A DNA stretch of 64,000 nt from Callorhinchus milii (taxonomy: Eukaryota). The position numbers and the translations under genes were made by a program. Positions 11,524-25,220 of the stretch are shown here, one piece after another. The DNA is taken from contig NW_024704742.1 in NCBI RefSeq assembly GCF_018977255.1, positions 30,878,001 to 30,942,000 on the forward strand, read 5' to 3'. Below the pieces are notes generated by a model, which was given only the letters and a program-made list of their open reading frames with translations, did no database searches and was not told where the DNA came from. Positions within the stretch are counted from its first letter, which is position 1; each line of letters opens with the position of its first letter.

Positions 11524-14500
11524 GTGTGTTCTCTTGCCTATGTGTCTTGTTTCTTTCTGCCTGTTATTTGTTTTCCAGCTGCACTTTCTCTAACGGATAT
11601 TTGCACTTGAACCAGTCTATTAATGGAATTGCAATATTTATTTGTTTTCTTGTATTTAAGTTTCCATTGGTTAATCTAGCATTGGGTTCAGGGACCGTTT
11701 GGGAATGGTGTAAAGAACGTCCAAGCCTGTTGTGAAGTGTGCACTCTTAAAAAAATCAAGTTATTGAAAGGCAACCCTTGAGCTGTTTTATATATAAAAG
11801 AAGTATCCTAGTTGTAATTCTGTAATGTCGTAAGCCTCGAAGGGCAGATCGATGCAATGGTTTGGGACTTTTGGATTATTTATAAAAAAGTTGAAGTTGG
11901 GGGTTGACGGCTTTGGGTCTTAACAAATGTGAAAATCCTTTGAAAACAGGAAATTCGGCCACAGTGTGTGTGTGAGGAACAGATGATCAGGATGATAGCT
12001 GGCGGAGTGGAAACTTCCAGCAAGGCTGTTTTTCTGCCTTGTTTTGCTCAGTGCACCACCGAGCTTCCTGGAAAACAAAAAAAGATTGTTAGCGCGTTCT
12101 TTTGAGTTTTTGTGAGTCGGGCTCAACAGCAAGCAGGTCTCCTTGTATTGTACATTTGTTATCACAGACCCTGAGAGAACGTCAACGTTCTGACACTACG
12201 ATTGCCTTTTTTTTAAAAAGAAAATACAAGCAAAGATGGCTTTGTAATAATTTTAATTCATATTTTTATTTCAGCAATTACAGCACAGAAGGTGGTCATT
12301 TTTAGGGGTGGGAGGGGGGATGGTGAGCCGAGTATAAATTTCTACGGTTCTATAGTTCCTGACGCATGTTTAAGAGTCACCAAACTAAACTACTGAGAGT
12401 ACAACTGAATGTATGGTTTCCGTTTATCTGCCCGGAGTGAGTAGTCTTTCTCTCTACCCTGAGGGACACACCTTGCTATTCAAACCATGGAAGGTCTGGA
12501 CACAGGTTGGCAAGAACAAGGCTTGGGGAGCGCAAAGTGTGCATTTGGGGTGCTACTGGAAGTTTGAACCAGCTCAAGCCTGAACATTGGCAAACCTGCT
12601 GCAGTTTGGTTAACGAGAACAACCCCAAGGGAAACAGGGTTCTAGATGGCAACCCGTCAGTGGAGTTCTGCTTGTGCCATTGATCCATGTGTGTTGTTGT
12701 GTAAAGAAATGTCCCAAGAGATGGCTCACAGAGTTGGCGAGAGAAGAGTGATAGAAAGGCAAACTTTTGCTCCATCACATAGTTGCTATCTTCAATACAA
12801 TATTTTTTTTTATAAATAATAGAAAATTCAATGGGACTTGGGTAGATGTACAATTTGGGTGATTATAGGATTGATATGTGAGTTTTAATGTCCTGCTTCA
12901 CAGGTAAGGAGCATTTGGAATAAATGGCTTGAGTGGTCTCCACCTCTCTTGAGAAACGACTGCTTTGCTGTATTGAATTCCCTGACCTTTCCTGGTTCGC
13001 GCATCCTCTTGTGGGGATGAAACTCACAGATTGGCTGCAGTGAACCGACATGAGGTTAAACTGCATGATTCAAATTCTGCAAAGTTTCCTTGCCTCGTCA
13101 CTCTTTGTTTTGACGGCACAGATTTATTAATGTCCAGGTAAACGCTTCTGGGCTTTAACCAGTTAAGCAGATTTCGATTCTGTACAACAGATTGAGCTTG
13201 GATTATAAAATAGTTATATATTTTTTTCCTGTTTGTGTTGAGTCATGGTGCTTTTTCTAGCCCGGTGATTCGTTGGTGCAACCTGTTTGGTTTGAGTCAT
13301 GAAAAACTTTGAGCGTTGTTTTTAATAACTTAAAAGAACTTGTGAGATTGCAGGAGGTTTGTTTGCAGTGGTCTACTTGGAGCAACACTGAGTGTAAATT
13401 TGTTCATCTGAAGACAGATGGCCTGTGGGACTGTGTTGTTAACTAGTCTGTTCATTGAAAATAGCATCTACTGCCATGCTCTGCGGATGACAATAATAAT
13501 AATAATCCTTCCATTTGGTATAGCGCCTCATTACGTCAGAAAGACATCTCAAAGTGCTTTGCAGGATTTACTGTGAAATGTAGCGACTGTGTATTTGTAG
13601 GCGAACACGGCATTTGATATAGCGCCTTATCACTTTATTGAGACGTCTGAAAGCACTTCACGGAATATATTGTTAAGTGGATTGACTGTGTATTTTGTGG
13701 GCGAAATGCAGCAGTCAATTGTGCACAGCACTGTACAGAAACAGTCGTGGATTGAATGGGGAGGGATTATTACCCCTGGAAAGCGATCCGCCAACTGAAC
13801 TAACAACCAATTCCTACTTCCTGCTAAATAGGACTGCATAGTTGAAGGGTCCATCTTTGGTTGTGATGTTAACTTTGCATCCTTATTTCTGGCCTATCCC
13901 TTTACCATTTAAGTGCTGCTGTGTCATTACTTTGCATGCGATACTGCCAATTTTATATCACAGTCACAAAAAAGTTTCTTTGGGTTTTATGAAACACGGA
14001 CAAATTTTAAAGTTCCATATTCATTTACCTCTTGAAACCGGTAACCAAAGGAATTGCTTGTGTCCAACGCCTTGGGACATGAAAGGCGCTGTACAAATTT
14101 AATTTTGTTGTTGTTGTGAATCACTTTGACACAATAAAAGTGCTATAAAAAGTAAGTTCTTTCACATCTAAATGTCTAAATCTCTAGTACTGTTTTGTCA
14201 GAGTTGCCGTACGTCAATTGAGTTATTTAAATTTAGTCATTGAATCCACGACTGGGGTGGGCACTTAGCCTCTGTGTTTCACCCTCAAAATACAGTCAAT
14301 CCACTTTACAATATATTCTGTGTAGTGCTTTACGACGTCTCAAATGCAAGGATTATTATTAACTAGCAGAATACGTTAAATCCCTGATCTGAATCGATAT
14401 AACAAAAGGAAGAGGAATAGTCCTTTAAGTCTGTTGAGCCTGTTCAGCTATTTTAATAGATCATGGCAGATCTTTTAACCCAATCTCCTTACCTATTCTC

Positions 14501-15599
14501 CAAATCTCTTAAACTCTTACATCCCCAGCATGTTTCTATGTCGCTTTGAAACGTTCCAATTGATTCATCATCTAATGGAAACCAACAGCAGTAGAGCAAA
14601 AGTTTTGAGTGGTTGCAGAAAGTCGTACTAGAGTACCACAACTGGAATCACAACCACTTTATATAACACCCTTCACACGGGTAGTATCTCCAAGCACTTA
14701 AACACAAGCTCGTGTATATAACTTTTGTTAGAAAGGCTGAGAATGAAATTTACTGGGCTGCAGTCTTCTTCCTTTTTCAAAAATTCTCTACGGAGATGGT
14801 AGACGCTACAATGAGTTATGTTTGTATACTCTTGGGACTTGGTTCAAGTGCAGTCTCTCTCACAAGAATGGAAATATACTGTATTGCCATATGATTGCTA
14901 TCCATCCAAACAGATGGGTTGCCTGTCTTCTTTGAAAGGAGGGGGCACACCTAGTGTACTGGGACTTTAAATAATCCATGGGTGACATTGATAGAGAAGG
15001 CTAAACCTCTTACCTTTAAAGTGATGCTTGTTCCACCTGAGCCTCCATTGTTCCCTGATTCAGTGACAAACCACATCAATACGGTGAGTCACACTGGTTA
15101 GCCTTATTTTCACATGTGGTCTGTGGTTGATGGTATCATTTCACAGTGCGCGAGTAGTGCGCTGCAAACGTGGTCAGGAGCTGAGCGCTGGTGAATTATT
15201 TTGAAAACCTGATGTCACTTTATCAGGGCTGCCTATTGCATTTATTCTCGGATTTGGGGGTGTAAAAGTTCCAATTTTATTGTTTCTCTAGGATGTCCTC
15301 CCGATGTAAAAGGCACTATACAGATGCAATTTGTTGTTTTTGTTCTACTTCTTACCCGAATCCCTGCTGTGGATTCCAAGGCTTGATAACACAGTGACAA
15401 TGGGATGGTGTTCATTCAGTTCATGGCAGTAATAATTATGAAGTTATGCTACATCAAGATTTTTACACAAGAGACTACTTCATAGTGTTAGTCTGTAAGA
15501 AACAATACAGGAGAGGGATTTGTAAATTACTGATCAATAGATATCTACAATCATTGGCAAGGTGAACTGCATTGATTTAAAAAAAAGTGATCCAAACCT

Positions 15600-16000
15600 A
15601 ACCTAATTAGAGGCATAGAGCGTCAGTCATATGAAGGAATACAGAGCATTAACTTAGCCCCTTGTATAACCCTGGGGTTGTATTACGAAAAGCAGTTTTT
15701 AGCATTGGACAGGGTATCACGAAGGGTTGCAGGGTTGATGGAAGAAATTAGGCACCTACATTATGGGCGGAAGGTACAGAAGTTAGGAATATTTGCACTG
15801 CGGATCAAGGGAGATCTTATTGAAGTATTGAAGTTGATCCCCAATGATATGTTTAGCAATGTTAAATAATCTAAAGCAAATGCACACAGACTCAAATTCA
15901 GAAGAGGGAAGGTGAAGTAAGTTTATTTTTTGCACAGAACATCAGCAAATTCAAGAGGAAATTATGTACCTATTAGGCGATAAAATGGATTAACGGGTAT
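15600..16000 (+). mobile_element. Old, decayed CR1 ORF2 3' fragment
   Basis: Peptide ALDRVSRRVAGLMEEIRHLHYGRKVQKLGIFALRIKGDLIEVLK resembles the CR1 C-terminal region at 2835 and 17050. Confidence 0.7.
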
Positions 16001-16328
16001 GAGAGAGTGAAGAAATTTAGTGAGGATGTGGGAGAAAGAGAGAGTAAAGAAATCTATTCTGGATGTGAGATACTGAAGAAATCAAACAATTTGATCTGAT
16101 CACTTCAGTTTTAAAAGTTCAGACAACGTGATATGCATTGACACCTTACTAATGCTAATTACTGAGTACTGGTTTGAAATATGTGTGATGACATGTTGTG
16201 TAAGACCCTGAGAATACATTTAGCATATGTTGCTTACTGCTCACTGAATTCCCTAGTAACCACATTTAAATTTAGATGAATTAATAATCCTTGTATTTGA
16301 TTTGTTGCCTACCAAATAAAAGGATATT

Positions 16329-17551
16329 TTGAGTAAACTAGATAAGGATGTATCAGTGGATGTGGTCTATTTGGACTTCCAGAAGGCATTCGATAAGGTG
16401 CCGCATAAAAGGTTAGTCCAAAAGTTAGGGGCCCATGGAATTGGGGGGAGCATATTAATGTGGATTGGGGAATGGTTAATGGGTAGGAAACAAAGAGTAG
16501 GGATAAACGGGTCCTTTTCAGATTGGCGGGATGTGACTAGTGGAGTGCTACAAGGATCAGTCCTTAGGCCTCAGCTATTTACCATCTACATCAACGATCT
16601 AGATGAGGACATCGAAGTTAATATATTTAAATTTGCAGATGACACAAAACTAGGAGGAAGTGTCAACACAGAGGATGATATTAAAAAAATGCAGCACAAC
16701 ATAGGTTAGGTGATTGGGCAGGTAGGTGGCAGATGAAGTATAATGTAGGGAAGTGCGAAGTCATCCACCTAGGTAGCAAAAACAGTAGAGCGGGTTATTT
16801 GTTAGAAGGGGAGAGATTGGAATGTGTTAGCGTCCAGAGGGACTTGGGTGTCCTTGTACACCAATCACAGAAAGTTAGTCTGCAGGTGCAGCAGCAATTG
16901 GGAAGGCGAACGGTATGTTAGCATTCATTATGAAAGGAGAGTATAAGAGTAGGGAAGTCTTGCAGCAACTGTATAGGGCCCTGGTGAGACCACACCTGGA
17001 ATACTGTGTGCAGTTTTGGTCTCCTTATTTAAGGAAGGATGTACTTGCCTTGGAGGGGGTGCAGCGTAGATTTACTCGGTTAGCACCAGGGATGAAGGGG
17101 ATGAGTTATGAGGATAGGCTGACCAATTTGGGCCTATATTCTCTAGAATATAGAAGAATTAGAGGGTCTTATAGAAACCTATAAGATCATCAAAGGGCAT
17201 GATAGAGGTAGATAGTGGGAGATTGTTTTCCCTGGTTGGAGAAACTAAAACCAGGGGTCACAACCTTAAAATCAGAGGCCAGCCCTTTTGCACTGAGTTG
17301 AGGAAGAACTTCTTCACTCAAAGGGTGGTGAATGTATGGAACTCACTACCCCAAAGGGCTGTTGACGCTCAGTCCTTGAACATATTCAAGACTGAGATAG
17401 ATAAATTACTTATTGCAAAAGGGATTAAGGGATATGGGGATAAGGCAGGGTTATGGTATTAGCTGGAGTTAGATTAGAAGATCAGCCATGACTGAATGGC
17501 GGGGCAGGCTCGAAGGGCCGAATGGCCTACTCCTGCTCCTACATGTTATGT
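16329..17551 (+). mobile_element. 5'-truncated CR1 LINE: disrupted ORF2 reverse transcriptase, C-terminus and 3'UTR
   Basis: Consecutive ORF pieces carry YLDFQKAFDKVPH, VTSGVLQGSVL, YINDL, FADDTKL, LYRALVRPHLEYCVQFWSP, TRGH and FFTQRVVNVWNSLP. The 3'UTR reads gggccgaatggcctactcctgctcct. Broken by a stop and frameshifts. Minus-strand SINE sequence on both sides (16282-16300 and ~17555-17660) suggests insertion into a SINE. Confidence 0.95.
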
Positions 17552-19457
17552 TAAGTCAAACTTTCTCAAAACACCTCACGTTGCAGTCAAGTTTAGTGAC
17601 TGTATTTGTAGAGAAACATAGAAGGCACTTTGTGCACATTAGGTCCCATAAACAGCCATTGGCAGTCAGGCTTTCATCCTATCTGCTCCCACTCTTTGGA
17701 ACTCCATCCTAGGGTTGCTCTGACTTAACCCCTCCCTCATCTTTTTCATACTCAGTCTCAGGACCTTCCTCTTTGTCTGCGCCTTCGGTCATGTTTCCCC
17801 TCCTCCGCCCCCCTCAGGTCCCACCCTCAGCTCGAGTGCCTAGCTTGGACTATCAAGTGCTTTGGGATGTTCTCTCAATATGAAAGGCGCTATATAAATG
17901 TAAACTTTGTATTATATGAAGTAAATGACCAATTTACTTAGAGGATTCTTGGCCAGGACATGAGAAGAAATTCCCTGAATTTCACTGAAATGCATTGTAT
18001 AAATGGTCCACATCCAAATTGTAATACTTGGAAGTGGATCATTAATACAATGCATTTCACTAGCTGCTGTTGAATTGTATTGTGGGATCTTTAACATCCA
18101 ACTGAATGGGCAGATGGAACTTCAGTTTAACATCTCACCCGCAGCACTTCCAAAAATATAGTGTTCTTCCTGCCAATACCGCACTCAATTGTTAGTAGGA
18201 GCTATAAGCTTAAGTCATGTTTTGCGGCTTGAACCCATAACTGTTTTTACACAGAGGAGAGAATACTACTAAAGGACAACCCAATGCTTTGTTGATCATA
18301 CAACATTAACATAGCAATGCATTATTGAGGCAGATAAGAGAGAGTCATTGGCAGCTATGAAGCACTCCGAGACCCTGCCCCACATAAAGGGTGCAAGTTG
18401 TTGTTGTCTGAATTCTTACCCCCAAAATAGGCTCAGAATTAAATATACCCATTCCCTTTAATAGAACAACAAATCTATTATGAAAAATCACCCATACTAG
18501 TGAGGGCTTCAAAGAAATATTCCTGTTTCTGGAATAATATATTCTGGGAAACAGAAATATCTAGGGAAATGATTAACTGTTAGAATTTACTTGGCTTGAA
18601 GCCTGAATGTTTTAGATTATTATTGGTTTGGAATCATATCCAAATATGTATTTTTTTTGAATGGATTCTTGTCTTTCCTTTATTGGATATTTGGACGTGG
18701 ACCATTAATACGATGCATTTCAGTGGCTATTAAATAGAACGAGGGAAAAAGCTGGTGGTGTATTTTTATGGGATAATTTGAAACTGCTGCAGACACTTTC
18801 ACCACATTGCATTGCCAAACTATGACCTCAACCGAGCAGTTTGGACACATTCCAGAGTCTCTGATAAGGTTTTGCAATAAGACTAAAGGATTTTTATTAC
18901 ACTTCCAACCAACCATTGATCACTATGGAAGGAAGTTTAATAACAATCCTGTAGCGTATTGGTTAGATAATAATAATCCTTGCATTTGATGTAGTGCCTT
19001 ATCACGTCTTCAAGACGTCTCAAAGCGCTTCACAGAATATACCGTAGAGTGAATTGACTGTATATTTTGCGGACGAAACGCAGCAGCCAATTGCGCACAG
19101 CAGTGTCCCACAAACAGTCGTGGATGAAGTGACCAAATTATTATTGTTTTTAAGGAATTATTTTTGAAATCCTAACTGGCGTTATAACAAGGCTGTGTCA
19201 GTCGGTTTCCCTGTGCATGCCTACAATTAGCCAGCTCGCTTCTTGTGCTCCGACTTGAAACCCACGCAAACAAAATAGAGGCCGAGTGTTTTTGGGGTGA
19301 CCTAATAACCTGGAAGTTGGCTATTTTACCATGGGTACCGTTGATGATTGGAAACTGAGCTGGTCGGCTGCGCGTGCCCACACAGCACAGCATATTGAAT
19401 TTGTATTAGCAACAAATCGGCAGTATAATGAAGCACACTATAATGGGGCCTGTAGTA

Positions 19458-19579
19458 CAGGGTGGCCAAAAAGTTGTGATACCATTACAATGTATAATCA
19501 TTCTTAAAGAAATTATGGTATTTCGGTGGGGGGTTGGTTTAGATAATAGGGTAGTTATCACGACTTTTTGGTCACCAGG
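19458..19579. mobile_element. Small Tc1/mariner-like MITE (~122 bp)
   Basis: Left end TA|cagggtggccaaaaagttgtgata; right end tatcacgactttttggtcaccagg. This is a 24-bp imperfect TIR with a decayed right terminus. Confidence 0.7.
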
Positions 19580-22500
19580 GATATCATGTGAACTGAACTT
19601 TGGTTGTGTGCTTCAAGTTTTTATGATCACCCCAGTTATTGGATCTGCACTGCTCCAAACAGCATCTTGATGGATTGGGTGTTGGATTTCACTTTAAGAT
19701 GAATCTAAGCCTACATTCCCATTCACAGTATTTCACATCGAAATTCAACCCAAACTGTGCAGGACAAATATTGCTTGGTAAAAGGGAATATTAATTGTAT
19801 ACATGAGATTGGTGCAAGCTTGAGCACGTGGTTACCTTTGGTTCCTGAATATTAACTTAATATGACTGAGAGTACATTACTGATGTTGAAAGATTGTCAA
19901 CATTGTGAGTTGGCTGTTGTTTTCGTCTGTCTTGCAAGAAGCTGCAAAACAAAGTTAATCAAAATACATCTTAAAGGATATCCTCCCTCTCTTCTAACCC
20001 CTCCACTCGCCCTCACTGCCACGATCAAGTTAATCCTCTTTATTCAATTCGTATGAAGTAAATGGTTTGCAATAAAAACTGGATCCACTCCACAGAACAG
20101 TGAGCTCAGTTGGTGATGGCAGATCTGCTTTATGTGCTGAAAGTCAGGGGGGAGACTTACACTACCTGTTTTTAGTCTCAAAATACTTTTTACAACGCAG
20201 GAAGTGGAAGTTTTTTATTTGGACTGCAGAGCTTATCAGTGGCGCAGATGAATCCAGAGGAAGGGATAGTAATTGTAAAATATAAACTGTAGCCACAGGA
20301 AAACCTGAGTGGTCTCCCAGCACAGCCTGCTGATAGAATAAGCTTGTCATTGCTGCGTCAGTCTGGTCTTGCATCTTTAGGATTGATATGCATTTCCAAA
20401 TAATAATCCTTGCATTTGATGTAGTGCGTCGGTTGAGATGTTTCACTTCAGGATATCCTATGAAGTGGTGTGACTGTGTGTATTTTGTGGGGGAACTTGA
20501 CAGTGAATTTGCACAGAGCAAAGTTTAAGGTGTATAAATAGGATAACCTGTCCTGTGTTAAGCTTAAATTGGCTGTATTTGGCTCGCGGCGGTTTAGAGT
20601 TTGGTTTGGGTTTTGGTTGAGTTTTCTTTTCCTGCTTTGCTAGTTGCGTCCTTTTGTCCCAGCCCCAGAAGCACGAACGTTTAGTGGGTTGAGAGCTTGT
20701 AACTTGGTTCGATCCAGAGGACCATCCCAACTTGTGGATACTCTGAAAGTGACGATCTCTCAGATCGTGAACATTTTGTAACCGTAGCAACTGGAATTGT
20801 TTGCCAAACAAAATCAGTCTGTGTTAGTTGTGGAAGGGCACGGTCTGAGAATTCATCTGGATTTGCTGCCGGGCTGATGTAATTTGATTTTAAAAAGAAA
20901 TCTTCAGAAACGGTCAAATGACAATCGTGACATTTTAAGGAAACGTAATAATCAGCAGGGCCAAGGGCTGCGTTGGCTTGATCACAAGCGCCAGAGAACG
21001 GAGTTAGCGAGGCAACCAGCCAAGCGTAAAGTCACGACCATACAGATTTTCAGCAATACAATTCAACATGTGGTTTCTATCATGTTGCAATTTCTGCAGG
21101 GTTTTTTTTTGCTGTGAACTAAATGGAAGTCTAGATCCCTTTTTCCAATTTGTGGCGAATTCAGGAACTGTTCCAAACATTATTTTTAACTTACGGATTG
21201 AGCAGCCCTGAATGAGTGTATTCCCTAAGGGCTACCTCACTTTAAATCCCTCCACACCTCTCCCCACCCTACTCCTGCAATTCTGCCTCCACTCAGCCTG
21301 CTCCTTGTCCCCCACTCTACCAGCCCCACCATCAGTGAGTGAGATTTCAGCCATTCTGCACCCTCTCTCTGGAATTCCATCCTGAAGTCCCTATATCTCG
21401 ATTCCTCTCTCTTTTTGGTATCTTCCCCCCCTCCCACCCCCACCCTCCCCTTCTCAGCTTTGCCCCCGGAGCTCGGGCTCCCAGTTGTGAAGCTCTTTGA
21501 GAAATCTTCCTGATGGAAAAGGCGTGCTCTCAATGGCAAGCTATGCGATTTTAGCTGGTTAGACTCCAGTAGTACCACAACACACACTCTGGGTCCTCAA
21601 GCCTTGGCTCTTGCCAACGTGTAGATAGATACCTACAAAAAGTAAATTCCAAGCATATGGGGAAAGGGTAGGTAAATGGGACTGAATGGATTGCTCTTTA
21701 AAAGAAACAGCACAGACACAATGGGCCGAATGGCCTTCTGTAAATTTCTTTGATTCCTCAGTATAGGGTGTTGTTGGGTTGGTTATACATCATGCAGAAA
21801 TTAAGCATTGAGGTTTCTTTTTTGGATGAATCAGATTTTTTAGTAATGTCAACAAGGCTGACCTTGAGTATTTTTTTTGTTGTGGATGGTTTTGAAAATA
21901 GTTCGGAATTGTTGAACTCAGCAAAGGAGCCAGTTTGTTTGTTTGTTTGTTTTAGAAATATTAGCTTGTCGTTTAAAACAGCCTTATTGATTTCCTGTTC
22001 GGTCCAACCTTTTCAAGGCTTAGGAAAATAACAGCGCTGTGAATTGAAAGGTTGCATTCATCTACATTGTGCCATGCAGGAGGATGTTATTTCTGTGAAA
22101 TATGCTTGCATTTGTTATTTTTTTAAGGAGAATATTTACATTTGAGCTAGCTTTAAGCAACATTGCACTGTTTAGTATATCTTCATATTTAACCTTTTTA
22201 TGCCAGGCCTCACATTTACATGAGACTTAATTAACTGAAGAGATTAAGAGAGAACTGGTTTAGCTTTGCTCACTGTATTTCTTTGTGATTTGGACACAAT
22301 GAGGAACTGAAGGTAAACATACCGTGTCCAATTCTCTTGCAACCTCTTTAGCTGAATTAGTTTTAACTAAATCTTGAAACGTTGGAATAAATAGGTTAGA
22401 ACTCACGTTGTCTAAACCAGTGGAGGCCAATCTTTATGGTCCGCCAACCAAATACGTACATTTTGCTTTATTGAATTTATAGCCATGCCATGGGTTTTGC

Positions 22501-23389
22501 AGCTCAGTAGCTACTGGAAACAAGGTAATGATTTGGCACAGACTTGCTTGTGCTGCCGGTGTTCAGCAGGCCATTTTTTGATGGCTAAAAGTGATTTGTG
22601 GCTCACTACATTACACTGGTCTGTGTGTGTGCCCGGCGTACCCCTATGTGTCTCGTCTGCCCAAGCGTTCTGGGACTCTACCCTGCGTGAGCGGCCCTAT
22701 ATAAATGCAAGTTGTTGTTGTTGTGTTCCTGGCCCCTTTGCTGGAGCCTGTTCACCAATCACGTGATGAAAGTTGCCAGACGGAAATTCCATCAGGCGCC
22801 CCCCAAAACCTAAAGAAACTTTGTTTTTGTGTGTCAGAAACAACTCGAAACCAGGTGTGATCAGAAAGTGCGTGTACTGGAGAGTTTGAAATGGAGTGGA
22901 GGCGGAGTGTTGCCGTTTCAGTAAGCTGGGAGTATTAACAAACTGAGTTTTCCCTGGCTGTACAAACTGGAAGACTTAAATATAGAACGACTGTTTCATT
23001 TTTAAAAAATCCCAGATATTTGTGCATAACAAAGAGTGATTTATATCAGCACGTCCTGCAGATTGACAAAGCACAGAGGAGCGTTTGTGCTGTGACTGAA
23101 CAGGGAGCTGATGTCAGGGTTCTAAGCCTCGCATCCAGCATTATTCTGGTGTTAAATTGTTCATTGTTCTGTAATTCAGGGAGCCTTTGCTTCCAAAGTT
23201 ATTAAACTCTCTAGTTGGTGTAATTGCTTTTGTTCTTTATTTTGACAGTGATTAGGCAGAGATGTGAGTCATTACATGCAGACGGTGAATAGAACTAGCT
23301 TGGTTAAGTTGTTCAGGACTGCACTATGACTAACATGGCAAGCAGACCCCGACTCTTTGCAAAGAAGATATCTGTCTTGTGAGGCATAA

Positions 23390-23498
23390 TGTTTACTGAA
23401 GTCCCTTCACATGTCACTCAGGTTCCTTTGTGTGTTATCGAGATCCCTTTGTATGTTACCGAGGTCTCTATGTGTGTTACTGAGGTCCCTTCCCATGT
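23390..23498. repeat. Degenerate 21-bp minisatellite, ~5 units
   Basis: Units like tgttactgaggtcccttccca and tgttaccgaggtctctatgtg. This explains the periodic VTEVP peptide in ORF 23389-23607. Confidence 0.85.
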
Positions 23499-24529
23499 TC
23501 ATTGTGTGCGTGACTGTCTCTGTTATAGGCTCCACAGCCCTCGATCACTTTCCTACAGAAAGATGGATTCTTTTGCTAATCAATTTCATTACCTGTTTTA
23601 TCTGTGAATCTATCCATTAACTCCCATAAACAATCAGCGGCCTCTGACCTAGATTCTCACAGGGGGGTTTGTAAATAATGTGCATTACAAGCAACGTCAA
23701 ATCAAGCAATGAATGCTGCAGTCAGTGAAGAGGAACAAGCCAACAGAAATTATAAAGAGAATTGTGTGTGTTTTTTCACATTTATTGCCTCGAGCACATA
23801 TTTTGGAGGCTTTGGTGAATTTCTGTGATATGGTAACGTACTGTATAATGGATTTGTTCAATGGTGCTTGGAGCCCCTTTTGATATATTTAGAACTCATT
23901 CCTCCCCTTCCCCCCCACCCCCCCATACAGTGAATTAGCTGAGTGCATGTGACATGAAGTATCCGTGTGAATAATTCAGTATAGTACAGAGACAATTCCA
24001 CACCACAGAAATGGATTTCCTTAAAAATGATCAAAATCTTTGAGAAATTGATAATATGATGATTCAGGGTGACTGCTCACTCAGGGTTTAGTCATTAACT
24101 TGTTGAGTTTCTGTTGTTGCCAGACAGAAACTTTGTAAATCTCCAAGTGTTAACCTCAGTTAAGAGGTTAACTGTCTGGCAAAGCACACTGAGTGAAACT
24201 CACCTGAATCACTGTGATTCTTAATCTCTAATTCACTGGAAAGTAGGAACGCTACCAGCGGCAGTGTTAAGTTCATAGATTTCAGTTGAAATGATTTGCA
24301 TTCACGCGGAGTACAACTCCTGTGAATGTTTTGAGAATAACATGTGCAAACTAATGTTTAATCTGGATAAGGATCACAAAGTTGAACATTGCTGTTGGAT
24401 TTTCCTGCAGCTGCTTCAGATTTCAAATATTTGGCACCTCTCGTTGTTTACTGGAGATGTTTCGCACCTGCACATTCACGGTTAGAGATTTGTACAAATT
24501 CACAGGCTCAAGATAATCTGAATGTCGTG

Positions 24530-24580
24530 GTGAGGTGAGATCAGTGAGGTGAGATCAGGGAGCAGTAAGGTGAGATCAGT
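24530..24580. repeat. 14-bp tandem repeat (gtgaggtgagatca), ~3 units
   Basis: Seen directly, immediately upstream of the SINE head at 24590. Confidence 0.8.
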
Positions 24581-24589
24581 AGCGATGTG

Positions 24590-24915
24590 GTGTCCTGTAG
24601 CTCAGTGGTTACAGAACTCGCCTCAGAAGCGAGAGGACCCGGTTCGATTCCCGGGCAGGGCGAAACCTTAGACAAGTTTCATTACTCCACACGCCTCTGT
24701 TTACCTAGCAGTAAGTAGGAAGCCAGTTGTTAGTTGATGGGTGGATCGCTTTTCTGGGGGTAATAATCCCTTAAAAAAAATCATCTTTTGGTCACTCAAT
24801 CCATGGCAACACCAACAACAAATTACATTTGTATAGCGCCTTTCACTTCGGGAGGACGTCCCAAAGCTCTATTTCTGGAACATTGCTGTATGCAATTGGC
24901 TGCCGCATTTTGCAA
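24590..24915 (+). mobile_element. tRNA-headed SINE (family B), interrupted by a minus-strand L2 tail at ~24808-24868
   Basis: gtcctgtagctcagtggtta...ggttcgattccc head plus the ctgtttacctagcagtaagtagg block. Confidence 0.88.
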
Positions 24916-25042
24916 TGGTCAGTACGCTATCCTGAGTCCGTGCCTTTAGGAGAGCAGAGGAAAGAATTAGCACAATTCATGCTGTATTGTTACTGTTATT
25001 GGCTGTGTGATATGGCGAGCAATGTGTGTGGTACAGGAGATT

Positions 25043-25220
25043 ATTTTTTAAGGGATTATTACCCCTGGAAAAGCGATCTGGCAATCGACTAACAACCGAG
25101 TTCCTACATACTGCTAGGTAAACAGAGGTGTATGAAGTAAGGAAACTTGCCCAACTTTTTGCCCTCCCCAGGAATCGAACCCAGGTCCTCTCGCTTGAGA
25201 GGCGAGTGCTCTAAACTACA
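25043..25220 (-). mobile_element. tRNA-headed SINE (family B), 5' half
   Basis: Reverse complement of ~24600-24780 (agggattattacccctggaaaagcgatc...ggaatcgaacccaggtcctctcgctt). Confidence 0.88.

Noticed and set aside
16329..17462. Active or domesticated reverse transcriptase gene
   Set aside because: 5'-truncated, lacks the endonuclease domain, and is split by a stop and several frameshifts.
23390..23498. CRISPR-like array or repeat protein
   Set aside because: The units are contiguous with no unique spacers and the context is eukaryotic. It is a decayed minisatellite.
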